Of a stretch of 60,381 nucleotides of DNA, positions 18,698-26,222 are shown piece after piece. The translations under genes were made by a program, and so were the position numbers. The number at the start of each line of letters is the position of its first letter. Position 1 is the stretch's first letter. The DNA comes from a virus (lineage: Duplodnaviria; Caudoviricetes). The stretch covers positions 1 to 60,381 of IMG/VR virus record IMGVR_UViG_3300015256_000001; one strand, given 5' to 3'. The notes beneath the pieces are model-generated. The model was given only the letters and a program-made list of their open reading frames with translations, made no database searches and was not told the DNA's origin.

Positions 18698-18799
18698 CTA
18701 CCACCCCCACAGGAGAAGGTGCGCGGCCACTCTCGCCACGAGATACAGCCCGCCAAGGCCCAGCACGATGGCGAGGCACCATTCGAGTGTGTAGAGCAT
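18698..18799 (-). CDS. 33-aa single-TM peptide (not in track)
   Basis: MLYTLEWCLAIVLGLGGLYLVARVAAHLLLWGW; GAGG upstream. Confidence 0.45.
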   Translation of the reverse strand: MLYTLEWCLAIVLGLGGLYLVARVAAHLLLWGW

Positions 18800-18857
18800 G
18801 CTCTGCCTCATCGCCTCTCCCGTGGGACGTAATCAGAGCCATCATAGCGTGTCCGCA

Positions 18858-19079
18858 TCATGCCTCCTTTCTCAATCTCCAGAGCCGATCCGCCAGCAGG
18901 CGAGACCTCTCCCGCAGCACCACGACGGCGGTGTAGAGCGCGTCCTGTTCAGATGACTCCGCCGAGACACAAGCGCTGCCTTCGAGATCCTGCACGTCAG
19001 TGTCCATCCATACCTGCCACCATCCGTTGACACCATGGAATGTTCTGACTTTGCCGTCTTCGCTCTGCCAGTCTGCCAT
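18858..19079 (-). CDS. Small HicB-N-like paralogue
   Basis: WWQVWMDTD..GSACVS..EQDAL; similar to the 32.9-33.6 kb ORFs. Confidence 0.55.
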   Translation of the reverse strand: MADWQSEDGKVRTFHGVNGWWQVWMDTDVQDLEGSACVSAESSEQDALYTAVVVLRERSRLLADRLWRLRKEA

Positions 19080-19090
19080 CTTCGTCTCCT

Positions 19091-19396
19091 TCAGCATGGC
19101 CACTTCCCAAGGCCAAGGGCCGCGCCAGGCATCTCCCGGTTCTCCACCCGCCGCCGCGCCGCAATGGACGCCTGTGACGCCGCGTAGATGGCCTCAATCT
19201 CCGCCGCACTGATGTCCCCTGGCTCTGTCCAGTACTCCCCCAGCCGTTGCCTCCGCTTGCTCTTCCCGAACTTCCGGCCTGGCTTGGATGTCATCGCAGG
19301 GTCGAGTTTCGAGCGCCGGATCCGCTGGCACTCGTGGCAACAAAGCCGCCGGCCGAACGCCGGTAACTCTCTCGGACAGTCTCGACATGTCCTCAT
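19091..19396 (-). CDS. Zn-finger hypothetical
   Basis: CRDC..CCHEC. Confidence 0.55.
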   Translation of the reverse strand: MRTCRDCPRELPAFGRRLCCHECQRIRRSKLDPAMTSKPGRKFGKSKRRQRLGEYWTEPGDISAAEIEAIYAASQASIAARRRVENREMPGAALGLGKWPC

Positions 19397-19677
19397 AGGA
19401 CGTCCTCTTGCCCTGACGCCGTGCGTGCCGCAATGTCGAACGCCTCGGCTATGGTCAACGCCGCCTGACCACGGGCCATGTCCCCATTGCGGAGCCAGAA
19501 GTCAGCGATGCCGCGGTGACAATCCGCCATCACGCGCCACTCGTTCCCCTTCGAGCCAGGGCGATACGATGGTGGACGCTTCACGCGGAACGTGCCACGA
19601 GACAAATTACTCCGCAGTACGTCGAGCACCGCTGGGTCGATCCACTTGTTGCCTCTGCGTCGAAACTCCCCAATCAT
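19393..19677 (-). CDS. Hypothetical protein
   Basis: ATGA-coupled; MIGEFRRR start. Confidence 0.55.
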   Translation of the reverse strand: MIGEFRRRGNKWIDPAVLDVLRSNLSRGTFRVKRPPSYRPGSKGNEWRVMADCHRGIADFWLRNGDMARGQAALTIAEAFDIAARTASGQEDVL

Positions 19678-19877
19678 CGCAGCACCTTCGTGAATGAACG
19701 CTCGACATCGTCAAAGGCTGCCTCGACGCACCTCGCTACGTGCTCCATCTCCGCCGCCCCGTAGCCGAGACTCGTGCGGCGCTGAATGGCGGCGATGACC
19801 TTCGCCCTCAAGGCCTCGTTGCGCCACATCACAATCGACGCCTCAAGAGACGGCCGGCGCTGAAACTCCCCGATCAT
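19674..19877 (-). CDS. Hypothetical protein
   Basis: ATGA-coupled; MIGEFQRR start. Confidence 0.55.
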   Translation of the reverse strand: MIGEFQRRPSLEASIVMWRNEALRAKVIAAIQRRTSLGYGAAEMEHVARCVEAAFDDVERSFTKVLR

Positions 19878-20164
19878 GCCCCATCCTCCTCGTCCTGCCG
19901 CGTCTCATGCCGGTCCTGCGCGGCCAACTCGGCTCGCTTCGCGTCCTCCTCGCTCCAGACGCTTCGATCCACAATCTGGCCGAATCGCCCAACCTGTAGC
20001 GCCTCCGCCGCATCCTGAAGCACCTTGATACTGGACTGAGTCGCCGCCTCTTCCGTGGCCTCCACGGCAATCATGCACTCCCCACCAAGGTGGCTCGCCC
20101 GAAACCACGCGCGCCACTTCCCGGCTCCCACTTGGACGATTGTCACGACGCCAGTCACCGCCAT
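19874..20164 (-). CDS. Hypothetical protein (distant HicB-N-like)
   Basis: KWRAWF..CMIAVEATEEAA. Confidence 0.55.
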   Translation of the reverse strand: MAVTGVVTIVQVGAGKWRAWFRASHLGGECMIAVEATEEAATQSSIKVLQDAAEALQVGRFGQIVDRSVWSEEDAKRAELAAQDRHETRQDEEDGA

Positions 20165-20298
20165 CCCCCGCGCTCACTCGGCCACGCCCGGTCGTCCCGG
20201 TCGTCGTCCCACCGCATGATGAGCCACTCGACGTAGCGTCGGGTCACCACGAACACCAGCACAAACGCCACGCCAGCTATCAGGTGTCTTAAGTCCAT
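20155..20298 (-). CDS. Small membrane peptide
   Basis: LIAGVAFVLVFVV TM segment; GGAGG upstream. Confidence 0.5.
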   Translation of the reverse strand: MDLRHLIAGVAFVLVFVVTRRYVEWLIMRWDDDRDDRAWPSERGGWR

Positions 20299-20302
20299 CG
20301 TC

Positions 20303-20413
20303 CTACCCTCCGTCTCGTGAACTCCGATAGATCCGCACCGCAAGCCAGGCGGCCACATACACCGCCGCCCACCAGCCCACCGTGAACACCGCAATCACCT
20401 GCCAGTCCGCCAT
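20303..20413 (-). CDS. Small membrane peptide
   Basis: MADWQVIAVFTVGWWAAVYVAAWLAVRIY. Confidence 0.45.
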   Translation of the reverse strand: MADWQVIAVFTVGWWAAVYVAAWLAVRIYRSSRDGG

Positions 20414-20421
20414 CACGCCCC

Positions 20422-20709
20422 CTACTCCGCCGGTAGCTTCGGCAACAGCGGATTCTCCTCCGCAGACGCCCCCATCCAGCCGATGTCGCCGCCACTCCGC
20501 AGTATCGCCGCCGTCTCCGGGTGCATCAGTATCCGCCCGCCCGCCTGCACCTTTGGCGCCCTCGGCACCTCCATCATGACCCCCTTCGTCCCCACCCACG
20601 GCTGCCACGGCCACGACAGGAGCCGCTCTTCCCACGTCCGCCGCACCGTCACCGGCACCGCGTCAGCGTGCTTTGGCGACTCCACGACCTTCATTCCGTT
20701 GTATCGCAT
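20422..20709 (-). CDS. Phage hypothetical
   Basis: RRTWEERLLSWPWQPW..LMHPETAA. Confidence 0.65.
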   Translation of the reverse strand: MRYNGMKVVESPKHADAVPVTVRRTWEERLLSWPWQPWVGTKGVMMEVPRAPKVQAGGRILMHPETAAILRSGGDIGWMGASAEENPLLPKLPAE

Positions 20710-21179
20710 TCACTCCCCCTTCCAGCGACGAGCAGCCCGTGCCCGCCCTGATACGCCCGCTCAATCAACGGCAAGACCACCGAACCCACCGTCTGGTCAT
20801 TCGGCATCACGATGTGCGCCAAGAACTCCTCCTCGAACGTCGCAATCTGACTCTCGACGCTCTCGAGTTTTGCCTTGATCACCAACATCAACGCCCGCCA
20901 CCGCTGCCGCTCCGCCTGCGCCACCGCCCCGTCTATCGCCCCCTGTGGTCGCCGCATCCACTGACGCCTCGGCACCTGGGTGAACTTCTTGTCCCCAGGA
21001 TCCGGAAGATTCACGATGAACCGGATGATCCGGTTGTGCGCCTTGAACTGCACCATCGCCGTTCGCGCCTCCGCGTCACTCCCCACAATGAACTGCGTAC
21101 ACTTGAACCGCGTCAAGAGCGCCTCGATCTCCGCCCGGCTCTTCCCCACCGATACCGTCGTCGTCTCCGCATACGCCAT
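20691..21179 (-). CDS. Conserved phage hypothetical
   Basis: YAETTTVSVGKSRAEIE..RWRALMLVIKAKLESVES..FEEEFLAHIV family. Confidence 0.8.
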   Translation of the reverse strand: MAYAETTTVSVGKSRAEIEALLTRFKCTQFIVGSDAEARTAMVQFKAHNRIIRFIVNLPDPGDKKFTQVPRRQWMRRPQGAIDGAVAQAERQRWRALMLVIKAKLESVESQIATFEEEFLAHIVMPNDQTVGSVVLPLIERAYQGGHGLLVAGRGSECDTTE

Positions 21180-21190
21180 CCCTCACCCCC

Positions 21191-21382
21191 TCACACCTCC
21201 AACCACTCGTGCCCCGCCGCACACCGATACTCCCCAGGCCGGTCCTCCCTCCGCTGCACCACCGCCCCACACTCCGCATCATTCGGCTTCGCAGGAGCCC
21301 ACACCCCACCCCCGTCATGCGGCGCCGTCCAGTGCCACGGACACGACCACTCCTCCACCACCCACCTCTCCTCGTCTGCCAT
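21191..21382 (-). CDS. Small Cys-containing hypothetical
   Basis: 63 aa, GAGG upstream. Confidence 0.5.
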   Translation of the reverse strand: MADEERWVVEEWSCPWHWTAPHDGGGVWAPAKPNDAECGAVVQRREDRPGEYRCAAGHEWLEV

Positions 21383-21385
21383 CCC

Positions 21386-21586
21386 TCACCCCCTCACCCA
21401 CCCCTTCCGCCGCGTCAACTCCGTCCCCAACCACCGCCGCGCCCGCTCCGCCTCCCGCAACGCCTGACGCAAATCCGTCATCATCACCGACTGACTCGCA
21501 AAGTCCCTCGTCATCTTCTCCACAAGCCGACACGTCATCTCCGCCGACGTCAACGCCCGCTCCAATCCCCTCGTCCCTCTCGCCAT
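21386..21586 (-). CDS. Small coiled-coil hypothetical
   Basis: MARGTRGLERAL.. Confidence 0.45.
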   Translation of the reverse strand: MARGTRGLERALTSAEMTCRLVEKMTRDFASQSVMMTDLRQALREAERARRWLGTELTRRKGWVRG

Positions 21587-21685
21587 CCCACCCCCCAAAT
21601 CTTGGAGCCGGTCGCCCACTCAAGGGCCGTCACAGTTTCCAGAGCCAGGAAACCAGTCGCTGGATGTACTCTTGCAACCCGGCAT

Positions 21686-21720
21686 CGCGAACACTACCCC
21701 ACCACACCCCCACAACTCAA
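21686..21720 (-). promoter_or_regulatory. Sigma70-like promoter
   Basis: TTGAGT-N18-TAGTGT-TCGCG, same layout as the promoters at 37.9 and 43.7 kb. Confidence 0.5.
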
Positions 21721-21914
21721 GACAATTCTTCCCAGAAAATATGGCTGAGCTTAATTCCAGAAAATATCCAAACCAAAGGTGTATTGATCTTCACGACGGT
21801 TCCGCGCCCAGGGCTGAACGATCGCCTCGACGTCTCCCGGGCCGGCGTTTGTACTGGCCTGGCCTCCGGCTGGCTCTCCCCCCTTCCGGCGGCTTGGCTC
21901 TCCCTCGCCTGGGG

Positions 21915-22394
21915 TCATGTCTTCCCTCTCCCCTTGTGGAAGGCTCGACACGTACACCCGGCGATGCACCCTCTAGCCCAGTGTGAGGTCTCGAGGTGTC
22001 CGCACCGGCATACCTCTAGCACCTTCGTCTGGACCTGGGGGGCGATGGGCTGGCGGTCGGCTAGTGCCTGGCGGAGAGCTGTGCTCTGCCCCTTGCGCTT
22101 GCCTCCGATCGCCGGCCGGCGCCGAGTCATCTCAAGCGGCCTGCTCCCGAACGGGGCCGTTGTGAGGATCGGTTCCTTCCACCTCGCGGCGAGCTCTCGG
22201 GCCTCCTGTAGGGCCTGAGCCTCGAGGTCGGCTTGGAGTGTGTCCGGCACTCCGGATGCCCGCCTCAGCACCGCTACGACGATGGCGGTAGCGTCTACGC
22301 CGTTCGCCGTCGCTTGCTCCTGGACCCACTTCACGAGCTCGCGCGGGATCCGATATCCGGTCTGAATCTTCCCGTGTCCCTTGATGCCTGCCAT
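21915..22394 (-). CDS. Ribbon-helix-helix (Arc-like) regulator with C-terminal Cys/His cluster
   Basis: TGYRIPRELVKWV..A..NG..IVVAVL; CRCGH..H..C..C.C. Confidence 0.6.
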   Translation of the reverse strand: MAGIKGHGKIQTGYRIPRELVKWVQEQATANGVDATAIVVAVLRRASGVPDTLQADLEAQALQEARELAARWKEPILTTAPFGSRPLEMTRRRPAIGGKRKGQSTALRQALADRQPIAPQVQTKVLEVCRCGHLETSHWARGCIAGCTCRAFHKGRGKT

Positions 22395-22439
22395 GCCTGG
22401 CAGTGTACAACGGTGCGGACGCCTATCGTATGACGGTAC

Positions 22440-22484
22440 AAACGAAAGCCCCTCTCGCCTCGGTTTGACGAGAAGGGCCCTTTT
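22440..22484 (-). terminator. Intrinsic terminator (possibly bidirectional)
   Basis: GGGCCCTTCTCGTC/GGCGAGAGGGGCTT stem with T-runs on both sides. Confidence 0.7.
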
Positions 22485-22511
22485 GTTGCCCGCGACTGGC
22501 TTGGGTTTGGC

Positions 22512-22742
22512 TCAGCGAAGCGTGGTGACTCGGTAGGTTCCCGGCGTAGCCCGCTCCACTCGCCAGAGGCCGCGCTGTGTTGGGATGTCTACCCAGAGCG
22601 CAAGTCCTGGCTTGGGAAGCTGTGGGAGTGGAGTGAAACCGATCTGTTCCAGCCAGCGGCGGATCTCGACGGTGGACATGAGGCAGGCTGACCGCTCGAC
22701 GAGGGCATATCGTTCAATGGCGAGGCGGGCCCTGGCAGTCAT
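22512..22742 (-). CDS. Hypothetical protein
   Basis: ATGA overlap, GAGG upstream. Confidence 0.5.
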   Translation of the reverse strand: MTARARLAIERYALVERSACLMSTVEIRRWLEQIGFTPLPQLPKPGLALWVDIPTQRGLWRVERATPGTYRVTTLR

Positions 22743-22942
22743 CGCGCACCTCGCAGGGAGAACGGCCGAGCGGCCAGCGTGAGACGGCAGGCGTCGGCGA
22801 TAGCATCGGCCTTGACGCGCCAGACTTGGCCGTGCTGCTGGTGCTGGGTGTCGAAGGCTATCCAACCGCCATGCTGGTAGCGCGGCGGTACTGTGGGGTC
22901 TTTCTTCATGCGGGTCACAACGTAGCGCGGGCTGGCGGTCAT
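22739..22942 (-). CDS. Hypothetical protein
   Basis: 67 aa, AGGAG upstream. Confidence 0.55.
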   Translation of the reverse strand: MTASPRYVVTRMKKDPTVPPRYQHGGWIAFDTQHQQHGQVWRVKADAIADACRLTLAARPFSLRGAR

Positions 22943-22946
22943 TCTC

Positions 22947-23174
22947 CTATGCTCCTCTCAGGATGGCCGGCGGACTTGGGACGTACCGCTCCACGCGGAC
23001 GAACTCCGTCAGCTCGAAGTTGTGCGGGGGGCACCACGCGTGAAACCCCAGGATCTTGATGTAGCCGTCCCTGGGGCGGACGGCCTTGACGGTATGCCAG
23101 CCCTGCCACCGACCACGGACGGAGCAATAGACGGCGTCCGGTGGAGCCAGAGTGCGCGCTTGCTTGGGTGTCAT
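22947..23174 (-). CDS. Small SH3-like beta hypothetical
   Basis: MTPKQARTL..GYIKILGFHAWCP; first gene of the leftward unit. Confidence 0.55.
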   Translation of the reverse strand: MTPKQARTLAPPDAVYCSVRGRWQGWHTVKAVRPRDGYIKILGFHAWCPPHNFELTEFVRVERYVPSPPAILRGA

Positions 23175-23182
23175 GCTTGTTC

Positions 23183-23202
23183 CCGTACCGGTACCGGTAC
23201 GG
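23183..23202. repeat. 20-bp perfect palindrome CCGTACCGGTACCGGTACGG (member of a dispersed family)
   Basis: Identical 20-mer at 28338-28357; 14-bp core also at 6121, 32756 and 53426. Confidence 0.95.
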
Positions 23203-23221
23203 CCTCCTCGCCGGCCACTAG

Positions 23222-23237
23222 AGCATGCCGCATGCCA
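23222..23237 (-). promoter_or_regulatory. Sigma54 (-24/-12) promoter, leftward
   Basis: TGGCATGCGGCATGCT = GG-N10-GC. Confidence 0.65.
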
Positions 23238-23384
23238 TCCGACAACACGCAAATTCAGGCCTGTTTTCAAGTGCCCAACTCGAGAAGTCTCCGCCTGGCG
23301 CGACTAAAGGGTGCGAAGGCTGACGACTAACGGATTTGTTGAAATGCCGATCTGCGTTTTTAGGCCTGATTTTGCGTTGTGTCG

Positions 23385-23400
23385 TGGCATGCCGCGTGCT
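23385..23400 (+). promoter_or_regulatory. Sigma54 (-24/-12) promoter, rightward
   Basis: TGGCATGCCGCGTGCT = GG-N10-GC; ATG at 23413. Confidence 0.65.
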
Positions 23401-23412
23401 CTGTGGTCTAGC

Positions 23413-24141
23413 ATGGCACCGACCGGAGCGGTTATCTACAAGGGTCCGTCGAGCTTCAACGGGGCGCCCATCGTCGCGATTGTAACCGGCCTGGGGAAAC
23501 CTTCGGCGAACCCCAAAACCGGCGAGATGCTGCAGTTGTGGATCATGCCGGCAGATCAGTCGCCACGCGAATCCGTCACTACTGGCGCGAATCGTGCCGT
23601 GTGCGGCGATTGCATCCACATACCGGTCGAGGTCGAGCGCGAGCACCGACACCGGGATGGATCGGTCGAACGCCACGCCGGCATCGACGGATCGTGCTAT
23701 GTCCACACTTGGCAGGGCCCGCTCGCAGTCTTTGACGCGTGGAAGGCCGGCCGTTACCTTGACTTGGCCCGCCGATACCGGAATGAACCAATGGCGCGGG
23801 TATACGGCCGGATCTCCAAGCTATTCGCTGGAACGTCGGTCAGGCTTGGCGCGCTTAATCGCCCAAACAGAAACGAGGACATCATGACCGCAATCAACGG
23901 CTGGACCTACCCGGTCCGCTCGCAGCTCTTCGCCCTAGGCGGGCAGTGGGACAAGCGCCGCAAGGTCTGGTTGGTGCCAGACGAGCACGCCGAAGCTGCT
24001 CGGGCCCTGGTGGCCGGCGCCCATGCACCACGGCGCCGATACGCCGGGTCATCGTACGCCCGCTTCGCTTCGGGCGCGGAGGTCTTCACCAATCGCCGTG
24101 GCCGGTGCGAGGATGCCCCGTGCTGCGGTTGCTGCTCATAG
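23413..24141 (+). CDS. Fusion ORF: truncated Cys-containing phage protein plus a downstream small gene (own start at 23884)
   Basis: IYKGPS..NPKTG..CGDC..SCYV..VRLGA, then GAGGAC-ATC-ATG at 23884 giving TYPVRSQL.ALGG.WD..CEDAPCCGCC. Confidence 0.7.
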   Translation: MAPTGAVIYKGPSSFNGAPIVAIVTGLGKPSANPKTGEMLQLWIMPADQSPRESVTTGANRAVCGDCIHIPVEVEREHRHRDGSVERHAGIDGSCYVHTWQGPLAVFDAWKAGRYLDLARRYRNEPMARVYGRISKLFAGTSVRLGALNRPNRNEDIMTAINGWTYPVRSQLFALGGQWDKRRKVWLVPDEHAEAARALVAGAHAPRRRYAGSSYARFASGAEVFTNRRGRCEDAPCCGCCS

Positions 24142-24228
24142 CCCCGTGCTTGACGTCTCCCCGTGGCCACGGTCGCGGGGAGGCAGGGAAGCATGAGGCT
24201 GACCAATCCAGAAGGAGACACACATCAC

Positions 24229-24525
24229 ATGACCGTCAAGATCACGTCCATGGACACACATCTCCCCCCCGGCAAGCTCGCGGACGCAGAGCTGCACTTC
24301 GACGATGGGCCACTCGCCGGCCTGAAGCTGATCGGATTCGCCGTGTGGGAGCGGCGGACTGGTGGCGGGCGCAACGTCACGTTTCCGGCCCGGCAGTACT
24401 CGATCAACGGAGAGCGGCGGTCCTTTGCGCTGCTCAGGCCGGCCGGCGATAGCCCCTACGCTAATGAGTCCATCCGGGATCTCATCCTGGCGGCCTACGC
24501 CGAGACCGAAGCGGTGACGGCATGA
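24229..24525 (+). CDS. SpoVG-like nucleic-acid-binding protein
   Basis: GKLADAELHF..GLKLIGFAVWE..NVTFPAR..IRDLILAAY; AAGGAG upstream. Confidence 0.65.
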   Translation: MTVKITSMDTHLPPGKLADAELHFDDGPLAGLKLIGFAVWERRTGGGRNVTFPARQYSINGERRSFALLRPAGDSPYANESIRDLILAAYAETEAVTA

Positions 24526-24716
24526 CCGTCGATGACATCCTCGACACTGGCGAGGTTCAACCTCGACTCCCGGTTGCGGGCGTGGTCCGCGAGCAGAACA
24601 TCACAGCGCCACGGCTTGACATCCCATTCAGCCTCACAGGTCAGGCCGTGCCTGACGCGAGAGGTAGACAAGTCGGCCTATTTGAACCTGAAAGGACTGG
24701 AGGCGAGCGAGTATGA
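24522..24716 (+). CDS. 64-aa mini-protein homologous to an internal segment of the 2124-aa ejected protein
   Basis: ATGA overlaps on both sides; 30/50 identical to the segment encoded at 52649-52798. Confidence 0.8.
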   Translation: MTVDDILDTGEVQPRLPVAGVVREQNITAPRLDIPFSLTGQAVPDARGRQVGLFEPERTGGERV

Positions 24717-25342
24717 CCTATAGAGAACGCCGAGAACGCCGCGCGGATCGCCTGCGAGGGTGGGCCGAGAAACGCGAAGCCAGATCGCGCAAGGCTTTCG
24801 ATGGAGCCCGCATCTTGGCGGACAGTATCCCATTCGGCCAGCCGATCCTGGTCGGCCACCACTCAGAACGCCACGCGCGCCGAGATCAGGATCGGATCCA
24901 TTCCGGCATGACGCGAGGGATCGAACATCAGGACAAGGCGCGCGAGATGTCCAGCAAGGCGGCCGAGATAGATCGGCAGGCCGAGGTGGCGATCTACAGC
25001 GACGATGTAGACGCGGTCGAACGACTGCGCGAGAAGATCGCCGGCCTCGAGGCCAAGCGCGCCCGGATTAAGGTCGTGAACGCGCTGGTTCGCAAGGTTG
25101 GACTCGCCGCGGCCGGCGACCAATTGACGGCCGAGGAACGCGCGGAGCTGCTCCAGCTCGTTCGCATCGTGCCGTACCACCACTGCGAGACTCGAGGCTT
25201 CCCGGCGTACGCGCTCACGAACCTTGGTGGCAACATCAGCCGCCTGAAAGCTCGACTGGTGGACCTGGAAACACGCGCCACCCTACGCGCCCGAGTGGAC
25301 GCCATGATCGCCAGCGAGAAGGCATACGAGGGGGCCGTATGA
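24713..25342 (+). CDS. DUF3560 domain protein
   Basis: IPFGQPILVGHHSERHARRD..IYSDD..LTNLGGNISRLKAR. Confidence 0.85.
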   Translation: MTYRERRERRADRLRGWAEKREARSRKAFDGARILADSIPFGQPILVGHHSERHARRDQDRIHSGMTRGIEHQDKAREMSSKAAEIDRQAEVAIYSDDVDAVERLREKIAGLEAKRARIKVVNALVRKVGLAAAGDQLTAEERAELLQLVRIVPYHHCETRGFPAYALTNLGGNISRLKARLVDLETRATLRARVDAMIASEKAYEGAV

Positions 25343-25839
25343 CCGTCCGAATGCCGACCCTACCGGAGTTCAAGAAGTTCGCGCGCGACGTCGCGCCGGC
25401 CGCCCAAGCGGTCCTGATGGCCAGGGCAAACGCACAGCTCACGCGTGAGCATGTAGACGCCTACATCGCGCCGATCTTCGCCTGCTACACGTTCCACGCC
25501 GAACCGGACTTCGGCGACGTCAGGCCGATCACATCACCGGATGATCTCTACCTCTGCGATCTCAATTCGCCCGAGGTGGCAGACTTCTACGCCCAGTGTG
25601 ACGCTGCACACCGGGCGCACGGCTTCACAGGCCCGCAGGGGCATTGCCCAGCCCTTGAGGCCGAGAACCTCGTCATCAAGGCCGAGAACGCCCTGATTGC
25701 CCTCGCTGAACCTCTGTTCGGCATTCAGGGTTACATGCTGGGAGGCGAGCGGAATCGGTACCTCGAGCTTCTCATCGGTGGAGCCTTGAAGGCTGCGCCA
25801 ACGACAGGGCGGGCCATGATGCGGGCGTCGAAGCGATAG
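25339..25839 (+). CDS. Hypothetical protein
   Basis: 166 aa, GHCPALEAEN; ATGA overlap. Confidence 0.7.
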   Translation: MTVRMPTLPEFKKFARDVAPAAQAVLMARANAQLTREHVDAYIAPIFACYTFHAEPDFGDVRPITSPDDLYLCDLNSPEVADFYAQCDAAHRAHGFTGPQGHCPALEAENLVIKAENALIALAEPLFGIQGYMLGGERNRYLELLIGGALKAAPTTGRAMMRASKR

Positions 25840-25907
25840 CCGACCCTTTTGGGTGTCCTGTGACTGGCCACGGTTCGCGGATCGTGGCCAGCGAGGAGGG
25901 CATGACC

Positions 25908-26207
25908 ATGGAGAGAGAGACAGGATACGTTGACCCGCCGATCTGCTGGGTGTGCGAGGCTGAGCCAGTGACAGATCGGGCGACAGGACTGGGCGATATG
26001 TGCCTGAACGAGGCCGGCTTGGGAGACGAGCCTGAGGAGTGGCAGCGGGAGCGTGAACGAGTGAGTGAGCTAGAGCGGCAGCGCGAACGCGATCGAGAGA
26101 ATGAGGAGCGCGATCAGTGGGAGCAGGAGCAGCTGAAGAAATGGGACCGGCGCGAGTGGGAGCCGGAGGGCGACGAGTGGAGCGGCGGATTCGCGGACAA
26201 TCACTGA
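25908..26207 (+). CDS. Acidic Zn-binding hypothetical
   Basis: CWVC; E/R-rich; ends WSGGFADNH. Confidence 0.6.
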   Translation: MERETGYVDPPICWVCEAEPVTDRATGLGDMCLNEAGLGDEPEEWQRERERVSELERQRERDRENEERDQWEQEQLKKWDRREWEPEGDEWSGGFADNH

Positions 26208-26222
26208 AGGAGGATGGAGAAC

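Noticed and set aside
20980-22218. 412-aa Pro-rich plus-strand ORF and other long antisense ORFs (e.g. 36339..37712, 53000..54022)
   Set aside because: Shadow frames caused by high GC and strand skew, opposite well-coupled minus-strand genes
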